DNA from: an uncultured Christensenella sp.
GTDB taxonomy: Bacteria > Bacillota > Clostridia > Christensenellales > DTU072
Length of the DNA: 64,000 nt
Assembly: GCA_964418255.1 (NCBI GenBank)
Contig: CAYQKV010000002.1
Span: 178,003-242,002 of the forward strand
Direction of reading: 5' to 3'
Shown piece by piece: positions 1 to 11,298 of this stretch (positions within the stretch are counted from its first letter, which is position 1; each line of letters begins with the position of its first letter). The translations under genes were made by a program, and so were the position numbers. Below the pieces are notes generated by a model, which was not told the DNA's origin, did no database searches, and saw only the letters and a program-made list of their open reading frames with translations.

Positions 1-909
1 TTGAATATGTTGCTCGGTTACCTGGATGACGGCGCGGCTATGCCGACAATGCGTTCGCACGAAATGTCGAGCGCGCTTTGCAAAGTCATATACGACAACG
101 GCGGCGAAATTTATTTCAACACCGAAGTAACGGAGTTCTTGTATAACGAAGACGGTTCGATGAAAGGCGTTGTAGCCGGAGGGAATACCTATTACGCAGA
201 CGAAATCATTTCAAATATTATCGCAAACAACGTTATCAACAGGTCGGATATTACGAAAGTTCCCGAAAGAACTATTCGCCTTGCGAACGCAAGAAAATTC
301 GGTATTTCCGTCGCGACCGTTTATCTCGGACTCGACTGCTCGGTGGAAGAACTCGGGCTGAAAGATTACACCTCTTTCGTTACGACTACTCCGGACGCAA
401 GAGAACAGTATGAAAAGAGAAAGAACGGCACGCTGTATATTTTGAACAGCTTGAATATCGCAGTACCCGAAAGTTCGCCGAAAGGAACGTGCACGCTCTT
501 CTTTACGATGCCGATTTTCGGATCGGATATTCCGGAAGACCTCACGCCGCAAACGTATAAGAAGTATAAAAACGAAATTGCAAGGAAATATATCAAAGAC
601 GCCGAAGAAACTTTCGGTATCGACATCACGAGCCATATCGAAGAGATTTCCGTCGCCACGCCGGTTACGTTTGCAAGGTACCTCGGGACTCCGGAAGGAA
701 CGATTTACGGATACTATACCGCGGGTTGGGATAACATCATTATTCGTGTAAGCGAAGAAAAGAAAGACTACTCGACGCCCGGAATTACTTATTGCGGCGG
801 GCACGCGACGCGCGGAGACGGTTACAGTTGCGCGCTTATTACCGGTATGAACGCGGGAAAAGCCGTTGCTAAGAGAGCCAACGCGAAAAAAGAAGGAGGA
901 AATATATAA
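1..909 (+). CDS. FAD-dependent oxidoreductase, CrtI/phytoene-desaturase-like family (C-terminal part; 5' end outside window)
   Basis: The frame is open from the window edge to TAA at 907-909. The C-terminal ...YCGGHATRGDGYSCALITG... aligns by eye with ...TCGASGARGDGYSQTYING... of the full-length paralog at 53049-54617, which has the N-terminal GAGTGG dinucleotide-binding motif. Confidence 0.6.
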   Translation: MNMLLGYLDDGAAMPTMRSHEMSSALCKVIYDNGGEIYFNTEVTEFLYNEDGSMKGVVAGGNTYYADEIISNIIANNVINRSDITKVPERTIRLANARKFGISVATVYLGLDCSVEELGLKDYTSFVTTTPDAREQYEKRKNGTLYILNSLNIAVPESSPKGTCTLFFTMPIFGSDIPEDLTPQTYKKYKNEIARKYIKDAEETFGIDITSHIEEISVATPVTFARYLGTPEGTIYGYYTAGWDNIIIRVSEEKKDYSTPGITYCGGHATRGDGYSCALITGMNAGKAVAKRANAKKEGGNI

Positions 910-2102
910 TGTTATTATTAAATCCGCTTAAATTTACGAAAATGTCCAAGGTGAGACAGGAAAAAATCGACGCCGCTGACGCAAAGAACGTACCTGCTCT
1001 CGACAGCTATCTGGCAAACCGCATCGCAAAACAACTCCATCCCGAAATTCAACACGTAAAAATAGCCGATATAAGAGAACACAGCGCGGACGTAAAGACC
1101 TTTACGTTCGTACCCGACGAAGAAAAGGGAACGAAGAGCCTCGCGTATTTCTCCGCGGGACAGTATATCTCGGTGAATTTGCAAATCGGCGAAGCGAAAG
1201 TTTCCCGTCCGTATTCGCTTTCTTCTTCCCCGAAAGACTCTTTGGAAGGGAAGTATACGCTTACGATTAAACGGGATAAAAACGGACTCGTAAGCAACTA
1301 CGTTCTCGATAATTGGAAAGTAGGCGACAAAGTGGACGTATCCGCGCCCGACGGCGTGTTTACGTACGAACCTTTGCGCGACGCGAAACAAATCGTAGGT
1401 ATCGCGGGCGGAAGCGGAATTACGCCGTTCTTGTCCCTTGCGAACGCAATCGCGGACGGCGACGAAGACGCGTCCCTTACCTTGCTTTTCGGAAGCAGAA
1501 CGGAAAACGACATTCTGTTTAAGGACGAATTCGACGCCATTATGGCGAAATGCGACAAAGTCAAGGTTGTGCACGTTCTCAGCGGAGAGGAAAAAGAGGG
1601 ATACGAACACGGTTTCATCACCGAAGAACTTATCCGTAAATACGCTCCCGAAAACGAGGACTACTCGATTTTCATCTGCGGACCGCAGGTTATGTACGAC
1701 TTCGTAGACGGAGAGATAGCGAAACTCGGTTTGCGCAGAAAGTTCATCCGTCACGAAGTGTTCGGAGAATACAGAAATCCGTCGAAAAACGCGGATTATC
1801 CGCAAGAAAAGAAAGACAGCGTGTTCAAACTCACGGTTATTATCCGCGGAGAGAAGACGGTTATCGACTGCCCGGCGGAAACGACGCTTCTCAACGCAAT
1901 CGAACACGCAGGCATTGCCGCTCCCGCAATGTGCCGCAGCGGTATCTGCGGATATTGCCATTCGAAACTCGTTTCGGGCGACGTGTACGTGCCGAAGTCG
2001 GTGGACGGCAGAAGACTGGCGGACCTGAAATACGGTTACGTTCATCCTTGCTGCACATTCCCGCTGTCCGACGTCGTTATCGACGTGCCCCCGCATATTT
2101 AA
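909..2102 (+). CDS. FNR/PDR-type flavin reductase fused to a C-terminal plant-type [2Fe-2S] ferredoxin domain
   Basis: Contains the RPYSLSS flavin motif, the GIAGGSGITP nucleotide fold and the C-terminal cysteine set CRSGICGYC...C. The ATG overlaps the upstream stop (TAATG). A paralog lies at 51853-53052. Confidence 0.75.
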   Translation: MLLLNPLKFTKMSKVRQEKIDAADAKNVPALDSYLANRIAKQLHPEIQHVKIADIREHSADVKTFTFVPDEEKGTKSLAYFSAGQYISVNLQIGEAKVSRPYSLSSSPKDSLEGKYTLTIKRDKNGLVSNYVLDNWKVGDKVDVSAPDGVFTYEPLRDAKQIVGIAGGSGITPFLSLANAIADGDEDASLTLLFGSRTENDILFKDEFDAIMAKCDKVKVVHVLSGEEKEGYEHGFITEELIRKYAPENEDYSIFICGPQVMYDFVDGEIAKLGLRRKFIRHEVFGEYRNPSKNADYPQEKKDSVFKLTVIIRGEKTVIDCPAETTLLNAIEHAGIAAPAMCRSGICGYCHSKLVSGDVYVPKSVDGRRLADLKYGYVHPCCTFPLSDVVIDVPPHI

Positions 2103-2135
2103 CGGGAAAACCGAATAAACGGAAAATAAAAACCA

Positions 2136-2169
2136 ATACGGAGAACGAAAAGTTTTCCGTATTTTTTTT
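2136..2169 (+). terminator. Rho-independent terminator after the reductase gene
   Basis: Stem ATACGGAGAAC / GTTTTCCGTAT with a GAAAA loop, followed by a T-run (2162-2169). Confidence 0.6.
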
Positions 2170-2263
2170 GCGTTACGATGAGCGCGGCGACGAAAAATGG
2201 CGGCGGAAATGAAAAACAGTAAGAGAAAATGCGAAAAAAAGTTTATATTTCTTATGAAATCGT

Positions 2264-2292
2264 TTGACAAGGCTTGACTCGAAATGTATAAT
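2264..2292 (+). promoter_or_regulatory. Sigma-70/SigA-type promoter for rpoBC
   Basis: TTGACA (2264-2269), a 17-nt spacer, then TATAAT (2287-2292). It is followed by a ~150-nt leader with the hairpin ATACCCTAACCCCCGA...TCGGGGATTGGGGGTAT. Confidence 0.6.
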
Positions 2293-2445
2293 AGTACAAT
2301 GCTAAAATAATATGCCTAATTATACCCTAACCCCCGATAAAAGAACTTTCGGGGATTGGGGGTATTTGCGAAATTTAGCGAAAAACTTAACTTTTTACGA
2401 AGAAAAAGCGTGTTTTTAAGAAAAAATTTATCAAGGAGCTATGCG

Positions 2446-5400
2446 ATGTCTCAAAGAATTCACAAGACTATGTGCGGCAAAACCGAAAGATGGACGTTTT
2501 CCAAGATTAAGCCTATCCTCGATATGCCTTACCTCATTGAGGTTCAGAAAGAATCTTACGATGCGTTTGTCCGCGACGGAATAAGGGAAGTGTTCGAAGA
2601 TTTTTCGCCGATAAGCGATTACAGCGGAAAGTTCGAACTCGAATTCCTCAACCATACGACGGACGGCCCCTGCAAGTACACAATCGACGAATGTAAGGAA
2701 AGAGACGCCACTTATACGTTCCCCCTTCACGTTACCGTGAGACTGACGTTTAAGGACACCGGCGTTATGCAGGAAAAGAACATCTTTATGGGCGACATTC
2801 CGAAGATGACGGACAAAGGGACGTTCATCATAAACGGCGCGGAAAGAGTCGTGGTAAGCCAGCTTGTCAGAAGCCCGGGCGTTTATACCGTAGGCGTGCC
2901 CGACAAAAACGGCGTTATGCGCTTTAATACCACGGTTATCCCGACGCGCGGCGCGTGGCTCGAATTCGAACAGGACGCGTCCAACGTTCTTTCGGTAAGG
3001 GTGGACAAAAACCGTAAAATCACCGCGACCGTTCTTTTGCGCGCGCTCGGTTACGGCACGAACGAGGAACTTTACGAACTCTTCGACAACGACCCGATGA
3101 TTGTCGCGACGGCAGCCAAAGACGCGGACATCAACACGATGCAACTCGCAAAGTACGAACTGTACCGTCGTATGAAACCCGGCGAAACTCCTACCGACAA
3201 CGGCGTGGAAATCCTCATAAGAAACACTTTCTACGATTCGAGAAGATACGACATTCATCACGTCGGCAGATATAAATACAACAAAAAACTTTCGATTGAA
3301 TCGAGAATTTTCGGCAGAACGCTTACCCGCGACGCGGTTTCCCCCGACGGAGAAATCATCGCCGAAGCGGGCGAATTCATCGACGACGTAAAGGCTAAAG
3401 CCATTCAGAACGCCGGAATAAACGTAGTGTACGTTTCCACCGAAAAAGACGACGAAAGCGAAGACAAAGAATTCAAAATCATAGGTAACAACGTGGTCGA
3501 CCTCGGCGCGTTCGTTTCCTTCGACCCCAAGGAAATCGGAATAAAAGAGAAAGTTTATTATCCCGCGCTTTTATCCATTCTCGAATCCTGCGAAGGCGAC
3601 GAAGTCGCTCTCAAAGCGGCGATTGCGGCTAACAAAGAAGACCTTGTGGTAAACCACATCACCCTCGACGACATAGTGGCTTCGATAAACTACAACCTTT
3701 CTATGCGTTACGGGTTCTATCCTACGGACGACATCGACCACCTCTCCAACAGAAGAGTGCGTTCGGTCGGAGAACTTCTCCACAACCAGTTCCGTATCGG
3801 TATCGCGAGACTGGAAAGGGTGGTAAAAGAGAGAATGAGCATCGTGCAGGACCCCTCCGAGGTTACTCCGCAGTCGCTCATAAATATAAGACCCGTATCC
3901 AGCGCGATAAGGGAATTCTTCGGAAGCAGCCAGTTGTCCCAGTTTATGGACCAGCCCAACCCGATTGCCGAACTTACGCATAAACGTAAACTTTCCGCGC
4001 TCGGACCCGGCGGACTTAACAGAGACCGCGCGGGCTTCGAAGTTCGAGACGTTCACCACTCCCATTACGGAAGAATGTGTCCTATCGAAACGCCGGAAGG
4101 TCAGAACATAGGACTTATCACGTCGCTCAGTTCGTATGCGAAAATCAACGAGTACGGATTTATCGAAGCGCCGTACCGCAAAGTGGATAAAGTCACGCAT
4201 ATCGTTACCGACGAAGTGGCGTATCTTACCGCGGACGAAGAAGATAAATATATAGTAGCTCAGGCGAACGAAGAGCTTGACGAAAACAGCCGTTTCGTTC
4301 ACAACAGGGTTACCTGCCGTTACAGAGACGATATAAAAGAATTCCCGTCGGAAAAAGTAGATTATATGGACGTCGACCCGAAACAGCTCGTTTCGGTTGC
4401 GGCAAGCCTCATACCCTTCCTTGAAAACGACGACGCGAACCGCGCGCTTATGGGAAGCAATATGCAACGTCAGGCAGTACCTCTTCTGAGACCCGAAGCG
4501 CCGATTGTCGGAACGGGTATGGAACATAAAGTAGCGTACGACAGCGGCGTTTGCGTAATTGCAAAGAGAAGCGGCGTTGTTAAGAGCGTAACCGCGGATG
4601 AAATCGTAGTTACCGCGGACGAAGGCGGGGAGGACGTATACGAACTGCTCAAATTCAAGAGAAGCAACCAGGATACCTGCGTAAATCAGAAACCTATCGT
4701 AAGCAAGCACGACAGAGTGCTTAAAGGGGAAGTTTTGAGCGACGGACCCGCTACGCAGAACGGCGAACTCGCGCTCGGAAGAAACATTCTCATCGGCTTT
4801 ATGACGTGGGAAGGTTACAACTACGAGGACGCTATACTTATCAGCGAAGAACTCGTTAAACACGACGTATTCACCACTATCCATATAGAAGAATACGAAC
4901 TCGAAGCGAGAGATACCAAACTCGGCGAAGAGAACATCACGAGAGATATCCCCAACGTCAGCGACGACCTCCTCAAAAACCTCGACGAAGAGGGTATCGT
5001 TATGATAGGTTCGGAAGTCAAGAGCGGAGATTACCTCGTAGGTAAAGTTACGCCTAAGGGCGAAACCGAACTCACTCCCGAAGAAAGACTTCTGAGAGCG
5101 ATATTCGGAGAGAAATCGAGGGAAGTAAGAGACGTTTCCTTGAAAGTTCCGCACGGTTGCGGCGGTATAGTAGTCGGCGTCAAGATATTGACGAGAGAAA
5201 ACAAAGACGAACTCGACCCCGGCGTCAACAAACTTATAAGAGTATATATCGCGCAGAAACGTAAGATTTCCGTAGGCGATAAGATGGCGGGACGTCACGG
5301 AAACAAGGGTGTTATTTCCAGAGTATTGCCCAAAGAAGATATGCCTTTCCTCGCGGACGGCACGCCTTTGCAAATCGTACTCAATCCCCTCGGCGTTCCT

Positions 5401-6393
5401 TCGCGTATGAACATCGGACAGGTGCTCGAAGTTCACCTCGGACTCGTGGCGAAAATGCTCGGGATTAAAGTTGCTACGCCGGTATTCGACGGCGCGACGG
5501 AAAACGACATAAAAGACCTGTTCATGCAGAACGGACTTGCTAAGAAAGACTGCGACGGCAATCTCTACGTCGACGGAAAAGTTCAGCTTTACGACGGCAG
5601 AACGGGTGAACCTTTCGAAAACGAAGTCACCGTCGGTTATATGTATATGCTTAAACTTAACCACCTTGTCGACGACAAGATACACGCGAGAAGCACCGGT
5701 CCTTACAGCTTGGTTACGCAACAGCCTCTCGGAGGTAAAGCGCAATTCGGCGGACAGCGTTTCGGAGAAATGGAAGTCTGGGCGCTCGAAGCGTACGGCG
5801 CAAGCCATATTTTGCAGGAAGTGCTTACCGTTAAGTCGGACGACATCGTCGGAAGACAGAAAGTGTTCGACAGCATAATAAAGAACAACGTTACGACCGA
5901 ACCGGGAATACCCGAAGCGTTCAAAGTTCTGAAAAAGGAAATTCAGGCGCTCGGACTGGAAGTCAAATTGTTCACCGACGACGACGAGGAAATCAAACTT
6001 CCCGAAACCTACGACGACGAAAGAGAAATCGACAGACCTATTCGTCCCGTCAAGGAAGAAGTTCAGGAAGTCGATTTGTTCGAAGACGAGGCGAAAGAAG
6101 AATTCGCGAAAGATAAACTCTACGACGATGACGAGACCATCGGCGGCGGACTCGCGGGCGGACACGATTTCGGCGATATACTCGGCGGAAGCGGGCTTTC
6201 CGAAAACGAATACGACCTCGACGACATTCTCGGAGACGGCAGCGAGTTTATGGATATGGCTAAGCAGGATTTCGACGAATCCGACGACGAGGAAGACGAC
6301 CTTAAAACGCTTATGGGCGCGGAAGAGGTCGACGACGCGGGAATTGATAACGAAGACGTTCTCAACAGCGCTTTCGACGACAGCGATATATAA
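2446..6393 (+). CDS. rpoB: DNA-directed RNA polymerase subunit beta
   Basis: Beta-subunit motifs are present ([42 protein letters not shown]). I chose the ATG at 2446 because it is preceded by AAGGAG (2433-2438), rather than the track start at 2356. Confidence 0.97.
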   Translation: MSQRIHKTMCGKTERWTFSKIKPILDMPYLIEVQKESYDAFVRDGIREVFEDFSPISDYSGKFELEFLNHTTDGPCKYTIDECKERDATYTFPLHVTVRLTFKDTGVMQEKNIFMGDIPKMTDKGTFIINGAERVVVSQLVRSPGVYTVGVPDKNGVMRFNTTVIPTRGAWLEFEQDASNVLSVRVDKNRKITATVLLRALGYGTNEELYELFDNDPMIVATAAKDADINTMQLAKYELYRRMKPGETPTDNGVEILIRNTFYDSRRYDIHHVGRYKYNKKLSIESRIFGRTLTRDAVSPDGEIIAEAGEFIDDVKAKAIQNAGINVVYVSTEKDDESEDKEFKIIGNNVVDLGAFVSFDPKEIGIKEKVYYPALLSILESCEGDEVALKAAIAANKEDLVVNHITLDDIVASINYNLSMRYGFYPTDDIDHLSNRRVRSVGELLHNQFRIGIARLERVVKERMSIVQDPSEVTPQSLINIRPVSSAIREFFGSSQLSQFMDQPNPIAELTHKRKLSALGPGGLNRDRAGFEVRDVHHSHYGRMCPIETPEGQNIGLITSLSSYAKINEYGFIEAPYRKVDKVTHIVTDEVAYLTADEEDKYIVAQANEELDENSRFVHNRVTCRYRDDIKEFPSEKVDYMDVDPKQLVSVAASLIPFLENDDANRALMGSNMQRQAVPLLRPEAPIVGTGMEHKVAYDSGVCVIAKRSGVVKSVTADEIVVTADEGGEDVYELLKFKRSNQDTCVNQKPIVSKHDRVLKGEVLSDGPATQNGELALGRNILIGFMTWEGYNYEDAILISEELVKHDVFTTIHIEEYELEARDTKLGEENITRDIPNVSDDLLKNLDEEGIVMIGSEVKSGDYLVGKVTPKGETELTPEERLLRAIFGEKSREVRDVSLKVPHGCGGIVVGVKILTRENKDELDPGVNKLIRVYIAQKRKISVGDKMAGRHGNKGVISRVLPKEDMPFLADGTPLQIVLNPLGVPSRMNIGQVLEVHLGLVAKMLGIKVATPVFDGATENDIKDLFMQNGLAKKDCDGNLYVDGKVQLYDGRTGEPFENEVTVGYMYMLKLNHLVDDKIHARSTGPYSLVTQQPLGGKAQFGGQRFGEMEVWALEAYGASHILQEVLTVKSDDIVGRQKVFDSIIKNNVTTEPGIPEAFKVLKKEIQALGLEVKLFTDDDEEIKLPETYDDEREIDRPIRPVKEEVQEVDLFEDEAKEEFAKDKLYDDDETIGGGLAGGHDFGDILGGSGLSENEYDLDDILGDGSEFMDMAKQDFDESDDEEDDLKTLMGAEEVDDAGIDNEDVLNSAFDDSDI

Positions 6394-6403
6394 GAGGTGA
6401 GAT

Positions 6404-9400
6404 ATGGTAGAAATAAACAACTTTGATTCGATACAGATTAGCATAGCTTCGCCCGAGAAAATCAGAGAATGGTCTCACGGCGAGGTTACGAAACCCGAAA
6501 CCATAAATTACAGAACCCAAAAACCCGAAAAGGACGGACTTTTCTGCGAAAGGATATTCGGACCCACGAAGGACTACGAGTGCCATTGCGGAAAGTACAA
6601 GAGAGTAAGGTACAGAGGGGTTACCTGCGATAAGTGCGGCGTAGAGCTTACCAAAGCGAAGGTCCGCAGAGAGAGAATGGGACATATTGAGCTTGCCGCG
6701 CCGGTCACGCATATCTGGTATTTCAGAGGCGTACCGAGCAGAATAAGCACGATACTCAATATGAGCCCCAAGCAGGTCGAACAGGTAATCTATTTCGGAG
6801 CGATGGTCGTACTCGACCCCGGCAGAACCAACTTTGTCAAGAAACAGGTTATTAAAGACGAAGAGTACCGCAAAGCGGTGGAAGAATTCGGACCCAACTG
6901 CTGCGTAGTGGGAATGGGAGCGGAAAGTCTGAAAGTTCTGTTGCAGGAAATCGACCTCGAAAAAGAGAGAGCGGAACTCAAAGAAATGCTCGCTCAGGAG
7001 AAAGAAGAGAGCCTGAAACGCACGAAGATAGCAAAACGTCTGGAAATCGTGGAAGCGTTCTACAAGTCGGGGAACAAACCCGAATGGATGGTAATGGACG
7101 TTATTCCCGTACTTCCTCCGGATTTGAGACCTATGGTGCCCCTTGACGGCGGCAGATTCGCGGCGAGCGACTTGAACGAATTGTACCGCAGAGTTATCAA
7201 CAGAAACAACCGTTTGAAGAAGATGATTGAAGGCGGCGCGCCGGAAATCGTCGTGAGAAACGAAAAGAGAATGTTGCAGGAAGCTGTCGACGCGCTTATC
7301 GATAACGGAAGACACGGAAAGCCGATTACCGGCGCGGGCAACAGACAGCTCAAATGCCTGAGCGAGTTTTTGAGAGGTAAAAACGGACGTTTCCGTCAGA
7401 ACCTTCTCGGAAAACGTGTCGACTATTCGGGGCGTTCGGTTATCGTCGTAGGACCGGAGCTGAAAATGTATCAGTGCGGACTTCCGAAAGAAATGGCGCT
7501 CGAACTGTTCAAACCTTTCGTGTACCAGAAATTGCAGGAAAAAGAAATCTGCCACAATATAAAGAGCGCGAAACGCGCGGTAGACAGGGTTAAACCCGAA
7601 GTATGGGACGTGCTGGAAGAGGTAATAAAAGACCACCCCGTACTCCTCAACCGTGCGCCTACCCTTCACAGATTGGGTATTCAGGCGTTCGAACCTGTGC
7701 TGGTCGAAGGCAGAGCGATTAAACTCCATCCGCTCGCGTGTACCGCATTCAACGCGGACTTCGACGGAGACCAGATGGCAGTTCACGTTCCGCTCAGTAT
7801 AGAGGCGCAGGCGGAAGCGAGAATACTTATGCTCGCGAGCAACAATATTCTCAAACTCAGCGACGGCAATTCAATCGTTACGCCTACCCAGGATATGGTT
7901 TTGGGTTCCTATTATCTTACTTTCGAGAAGACGGACAAGCCCACCGACCCAGAAGAAATTGCGAAACTCCGCACGTTCAAGGACGCGGACGAAGCGAAGA
8001 TGGCGTATCAGTTGCACGATATTAAATTGCAGGACTGGATACGTGTAAGAATGAGCAAAGAGATAGACGGAAAAGTTTACAAGAAGCTCATCGTTACGAC
8101 GGTAGGAAAGATTATTTTCAACGAAGCTATACCGCAGGATTTGGGATTTGTGCCGAGAACCACGCCCGAAGAACAGCTTGACCTCGAAATCAATTTCATT
8201 ATAAAGAAGAAAGGGCTCGGGGAAATAGTCAACAAGTGCTTTAAGGCGAAAGGCGCGACGGAAGTCAGTATCGTGCTTGACAAAATCAAGGCGCTCGGAT
8301 ACAGGTATTCGACAATCGGCGCGATAACCACAAGCGTTTTCGATATGAAGATACCGGGCAACAAGCAGACCATTCTTAACAGAGCGGAAGATAAAGTTCT
8401 GGAAATCGAGAAAAACTTCGCGCGAGGCAGAGCGACGGAAGACGAAAGATACAATCAGGTTATCAAAGTATGGAGCGACGCGACGGACGAAGTTTCCAAA
8501 GACTTGCAGCAAAACTTCGTGAACTTCGACAAGACCAACCCCATCTGGATGATGGCGGACTCGGGCGCTCGTGGTAGTATGCAACAGATTAAACAGCTTT
8601 CGGGTATGCGCGGACTTATGGCGGACCCGACCGGTAAGACGATAGAAATCCCCGTTAAATCTTCCTTCCGTGAAGGCTTGTCGGTTTTGGAATACTTCAT
8701 TTCCAGCCACGGCGCAAGAAAGGGCGGAGCGGATACCGCGCTTAAAACCGCAGACTCGGGTTACCTTACCCGTCGTCTCGTAGACGTAAGCCAGGACGTT
8801 ATCATTAACGAAGAGGATTGCGGAGATAAGAGAGGTATGGCGGTTAAGGCGATGTACGACGTCAACAAACTGCTTATCGAAGGACTTGCGGAAAGAATAA
8901 CGGGAAGATTTTCCGTAGACGACATAGTCGACCCCGCGACGGGCGAAATAATCGTCGCCGCAGGCGAGATGATAAGAGAAGAAAAGGCGAAGAAAGTAGT
9001 CGACGCAGTGGGAGAAGACGGAGAGGTGAGAATCAGAAGCATACTTACCTGCCGTTCGAAACGCGGCGTGTGCGCGAAGTGCTACGGCGCGAATATGGCG
9101 AGCACGAACCCCGTAAAACTCGGCGAAGCCGTCGGTATCATCGCGGCGCAGTCGATAGGCGAACCGGGAACGCAGCTCACTATGAGAACCTTCCATACGG
9201 GCGGCGTCGCGTCCAGCGCGGACATCACGCAAGGTCTTCCCCGTGTCGTGGAACTTGTCGAAGCGCGTAAACCGAAGGGACAAGCGACGGTTGCCGACGT
9301 TAAAGGTAGAGTCACCGTTAAAGAAGAAGGCAACAACCGCACGGTAATACTTACGGGAGCGGAAGGAAAAGTCTTCGAATACAAAATTCCGTTCGGAGTC

Positions 9401-10036
9401 AAACTGCTTGTGGAAAACGGCAAAGAAATCGCCGCAGGCGACCCGCTGTTCGTAGGAAGCGTAGACCCGCACGATATTCTGAGAACCAAAGGCGTAAACG
9501 GCGTTCAGGAAATGATAATAAAAGAAATTCAGAACGCATACCGCTCGAACGGCGTTCATATCAACGATAAACATATCGAAGTTATCGTGAGAAAGATGTT
9601 GCGCAAGGTTAAGGTAAGAAACCCGAACGACACCGACCTCATTCTCAACGAGTTAGTCGATATATCCACGCTCGAAGAGGCGAACGAAAAGGCGCTTGAA
9701 AACGGAGGAACTCCCGCTACGGCAATGAGAGTTCTGCTCGGTATCAGTAAAGCCGCGCTCGCTACGGATTCCTTCCTGTCGGCGGCGAGCTTCCAGGAAA
9801 CGGCAAGAGTGCTTACCGACGCGGCAATCAAGAGCAAGAAAGACCACCTCATCGGGCTGAAAGAAAACGTCATTATCGGTAAACTCATACCTGCGGGAAC
9901 GGGAATGAAGAGATACACGAGTATCAAACTCGAAAGTCCCCTGTACGATAAAGCGGATATAAAAGAAGACAACTTCGACGAGGACAGAACCGCGCTTGTA
10001 ACCGAAGCGGAGACTGACGACGCGGACGCGGAATAA
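6404..10036 (+). CDS. rpoC: DNA-directed RNA polymerase subunit beta'
   Basis: Contains the NADFDGDQM catalytic motif and the N-terminal zinc-finger cysteines (CHCGKY...C..C). It starts 10 nt after the rpoB stop. Confidence 0.97.
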   Translation: MVEINNFDSIQISIASPEKIREWSHGEVTKPETINYRTQKPEKDGLFCERIFGPTKDYECHCGKYKRVRYRGVTCDKCGVELTKAKVRRERMGHIELAAPVTHIWYFRGVPSRISTILNMSPKQVEQVIYFGAMVVLDPGRTNFVKKQVIKDEEYRKAVEEFGPNCCVVGMGAESLKVLLQEIDLEKERAELKEMLAQEKEESLKRTKIAKRLEIVEAFYKSGNKPEWMVMDVIPVLPPDLRPMVPLDGGRFAASDLNELYRRVINRNNRLKKMIEGGAPEIVVRNEKRMLQEAVDALIDNGRHGKPITGAGNRQLKCLSEFLRGKNGRFRQNLLGKRVDYSGRSVIVVGPELKMYQCGLPKEMALELFKPFVYQKLQEKEICHNIKSAKRAVDRVKPEVWDVLEEVIKDHPVLLNRAPTLHRLGIQAFEPVLVEGRAIKLHPLACTAFNADFDGDQMAVHVPLSIEAQAEARILMLASNNILKLSDGNSIVTPTQDMVLGSYYLTFEKTDKPTDPEEIAKLRTFKDADEAKMAYQLHDIKLQDWIRVRMSKEIDGKVYKKLIVTTVGKIIFNEAIPQDLGFVPRTTPEEQLDLEINFIIKKKGLGEIVNKCFKAKGATEVSIVLDKIKALGYRYSTIGAITTSVFDMKIPGNKQTILNRAEDKVLEIEKNFARGRATEDERYNQVIKVWSDATDEVSKDLQQNFVNFDKTNPIWMMADSGARGSMQQIKQLSGMRGLMADPTGKTIEIPVKSSFREGLSVLEYFISSHGARKGGADTALKTADSGYLTRRLVDVSQDVIINEEDCGDKRGMAVKAMYDVNKLLIEGLAERITGRFSVDDIVDPATGEIIVAAGEMIREEKAKKVVDAVGEDGEVRIRSILTCRSKRGVCAKCYGANMASTNPVKLGEAVGIIAAQSIGEPGTQLTMRTFHTGGVASSADITQGLPRVVELVEARKPKGQATVADVKGRVTVKEEGNNRTVILTGAEGKVFEYKIPFGVKLLVENGKEIAAGDPLFVGSVDPHDILRTKGVNGVQEMIIKEIQNAYRSNGVHINDKHIEVIVRKMLRKVKVRNPNDTDLILNELVDISTLEEANEKALENGGTPATAMRVLLGISKAALATDSFLSAASFQETARVLTDAAIKSKKDHLIGLKENVIIGKLIPAGTGMKRYTSIKLESPLYDKADIKEDNFDEDRTALVTEAETDDADAE

Positions 10037-10047
10037 TCAAAAATAGT

Positions 10048-10119
10048 AAAAGGGAGAACGCGCGAATAAGGATTCCGAAATTCAGATTGCGGTCTCCCTT
10101 TTCAGTAACAAAGGAGAGA
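10048..10119 (+). promoter_or_regulatory. Candidate alternative-pairing element (terminator-like stem / SD-sequestering hairpin) in the 86-nt rpoC-metK spacer
   Basis: UCUCCCUUUU (10093-10102) can pair perfectly with AAAAGGGAGA (10048-10057). Alternatively it can pair, with one bulge, with the metK SD region AAAGGAGAGA (10110-10119). Confidence 0.35.
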
Positions 10120-10122
10120 AAT

Positions 10123-11298
10123 ATGAACAGACTTTTTACGTCGGAAAGCGTAACCGAAGGGCATCCCGATAAGGTATGCGACCAGATAAGCGACGCTATT
10201 TTGGACGCAATATTAAAAGAGGATAAAAAAGCGAGAGTCGCGTGCGAAACCTGTTGTAAGGACAACTTCGTTTTGGTTATGGGCGAAATCACGACGACGG
10301 CGGACGTCGACGTGGAAAAAGTAGTCCGCGAAACGATAAAGAAAATCGGATACGACAAAGAAGAATACGGGTTTAATTACGCGACCGCGGAAATAGAAAT
10401 CAGATTGAGCAAACAATCTCCCGATATTGCGATGGGCGTCGACAGCAGTATGGAGCATAAGACGACGGATGAAATTTACGATACAATCGGAGCAGGCGAC
10501 CAAGGGCTTATGTTCGGCTATGCGGGAAGCGAAACCGAAGAAAAGATGCCGCTTGCAATAACACTCAGTCACAAACTTTGCAAAAAACTTGCGGAAGTGA
10601 GAAAAAACGGCGAAGTTACTTATCTCAGACCGGACGGAAAAGCGCAGATTACGGTTGAATATAACGCCGAAGGCGAACCGTTCAGAGTGGATACGGTGGT
10701 GTTGTCTACGCAACACGACGAAGACGTCGATATAGAAACGTTGCGCGACGATATGAAAAAAATCGTTATTTTGCCGACGATTGACAAAAAACTCATCGAC
10801 GAAAAGACCAAGTTTTATATCAACCCGACGGGAAGATTTATCGTCGGAGGTCCGAAAGGAGACAGCGGACTTACCGGAAGAAAAATAATCGTGGACACCT
10901 ACGGCGGATATATTCCGCACGGCGGCGGGTGTTTCAGCGGAAAAGACCCGACCAAAGTGGACAGAAGCGCGACGTACTACGCAAGATACGCAGCGAAAAA
11001 TCTCGTCGCGAGCGGAGCGTGCAAGGAATGTGAAATTCAGGTCGCGTACGCGATAGGAAAAGCGAACCCCGTAAGCGTGGACGTAAATACTTACGGGACG
11101 GGAGTTGTAAGCGACGAAAAACTGTCGGAAATCGTAAGAAAGGTATTCGATTTCCGCCCGCTTGCGATAATTACCGCGTTGAACTTAGACAAACCGCAGT
11201 ATGCGCCCACGGCAAAATACGGACATTTCGGAAACGAAACCTATGCGTGGGAGAAGACGGACAAGACGGAGGAAATCAAAAAATACCTTATTAAATGA
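10123..11298 (+). CDS. metK: S-adenosylmethionine synthetase
   Basis: The N-terminus [29 protein letters not shown] is typical of MetK. The ATG at 10123 lies 4-13 nt after AAAGGAGAGA. Confidence 0.95.
   Translation: MNRLFTSESVTEGHPDKVCDQISDAILDAILKEDKKARVACETCCKDNFVLVMGEITTTADVDVEKVVRETIKKIGYDKEEYGFNYATAEIEIRLSKQSPDIAMGVDSSMEHKTTDEIYDTIGAGDQGLMFGYAGSETEEKMPLAITLSHKLCKKLAEVRKNGEVTYLRPDGKAQITVEYNAEGEPFRVDTVVLSTQHDEDVDIETLRDDMKKIVILPTIDKKLIDEKTKFYINPTGRFIVGGPKGDSGLTGRKIIVDTYGGYIPHGGGCFSGKDPTKVDRSATYYARYAAKNLVASGACKECEIQVAYAIGKANPVSVDVNTYGTGVVSDEKLSEIVRKVFDFRPLAIITALNLDKPQYAPTAKYGHFGNETYAWEKTDKTEEIKKYLIK

Noticed and set aside
2356-2445. Track start for rpoB at 2356 ([13 protein letters not shown]...).
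   Set aside because: It has no SD and an atypical N-terminus. The ATG at 2446 has AAGGAG upstream and gives the normal RpoB N-terminus.
6120-6400. Alternative-frame ORFs inside the rpoB acidic tail (6128-6400 plus strand, 6120-6365 minus strand).
   Set aside because: They are by-products of GA/GAC-rich low-complexity coding sequence. The rpoB frame is continuous and ends 10 nt before rpoC.
3571-6444. 957-aa minus-strand ORF antisense to rpoB. Similar giants lie at 918-2270, 6362-7786, 7871-9574, 16035-17249, 18651-19931, 29894-31126, 31705-33120 and 33977-35191.
   Set aside because: All lie in the codon-complement phase of well-supported sense genes. Their translations are low-complexity (rich in R/F/V/S), they lack SD sequences, and some span several sense genes. 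They are shadow ORFs produced by avoidance of TTA/CTA/TCA codons, not genes.
10037-10122. SAM-I (S-box) riboswitch or T-box upstream of metK.
   Set aside because: The spacer is only 86 nt and lacks the four-helix S-box layout and the conserved kink-turn/junction sequences. Only the simpler alternative-pairing idea was kept as a finding.
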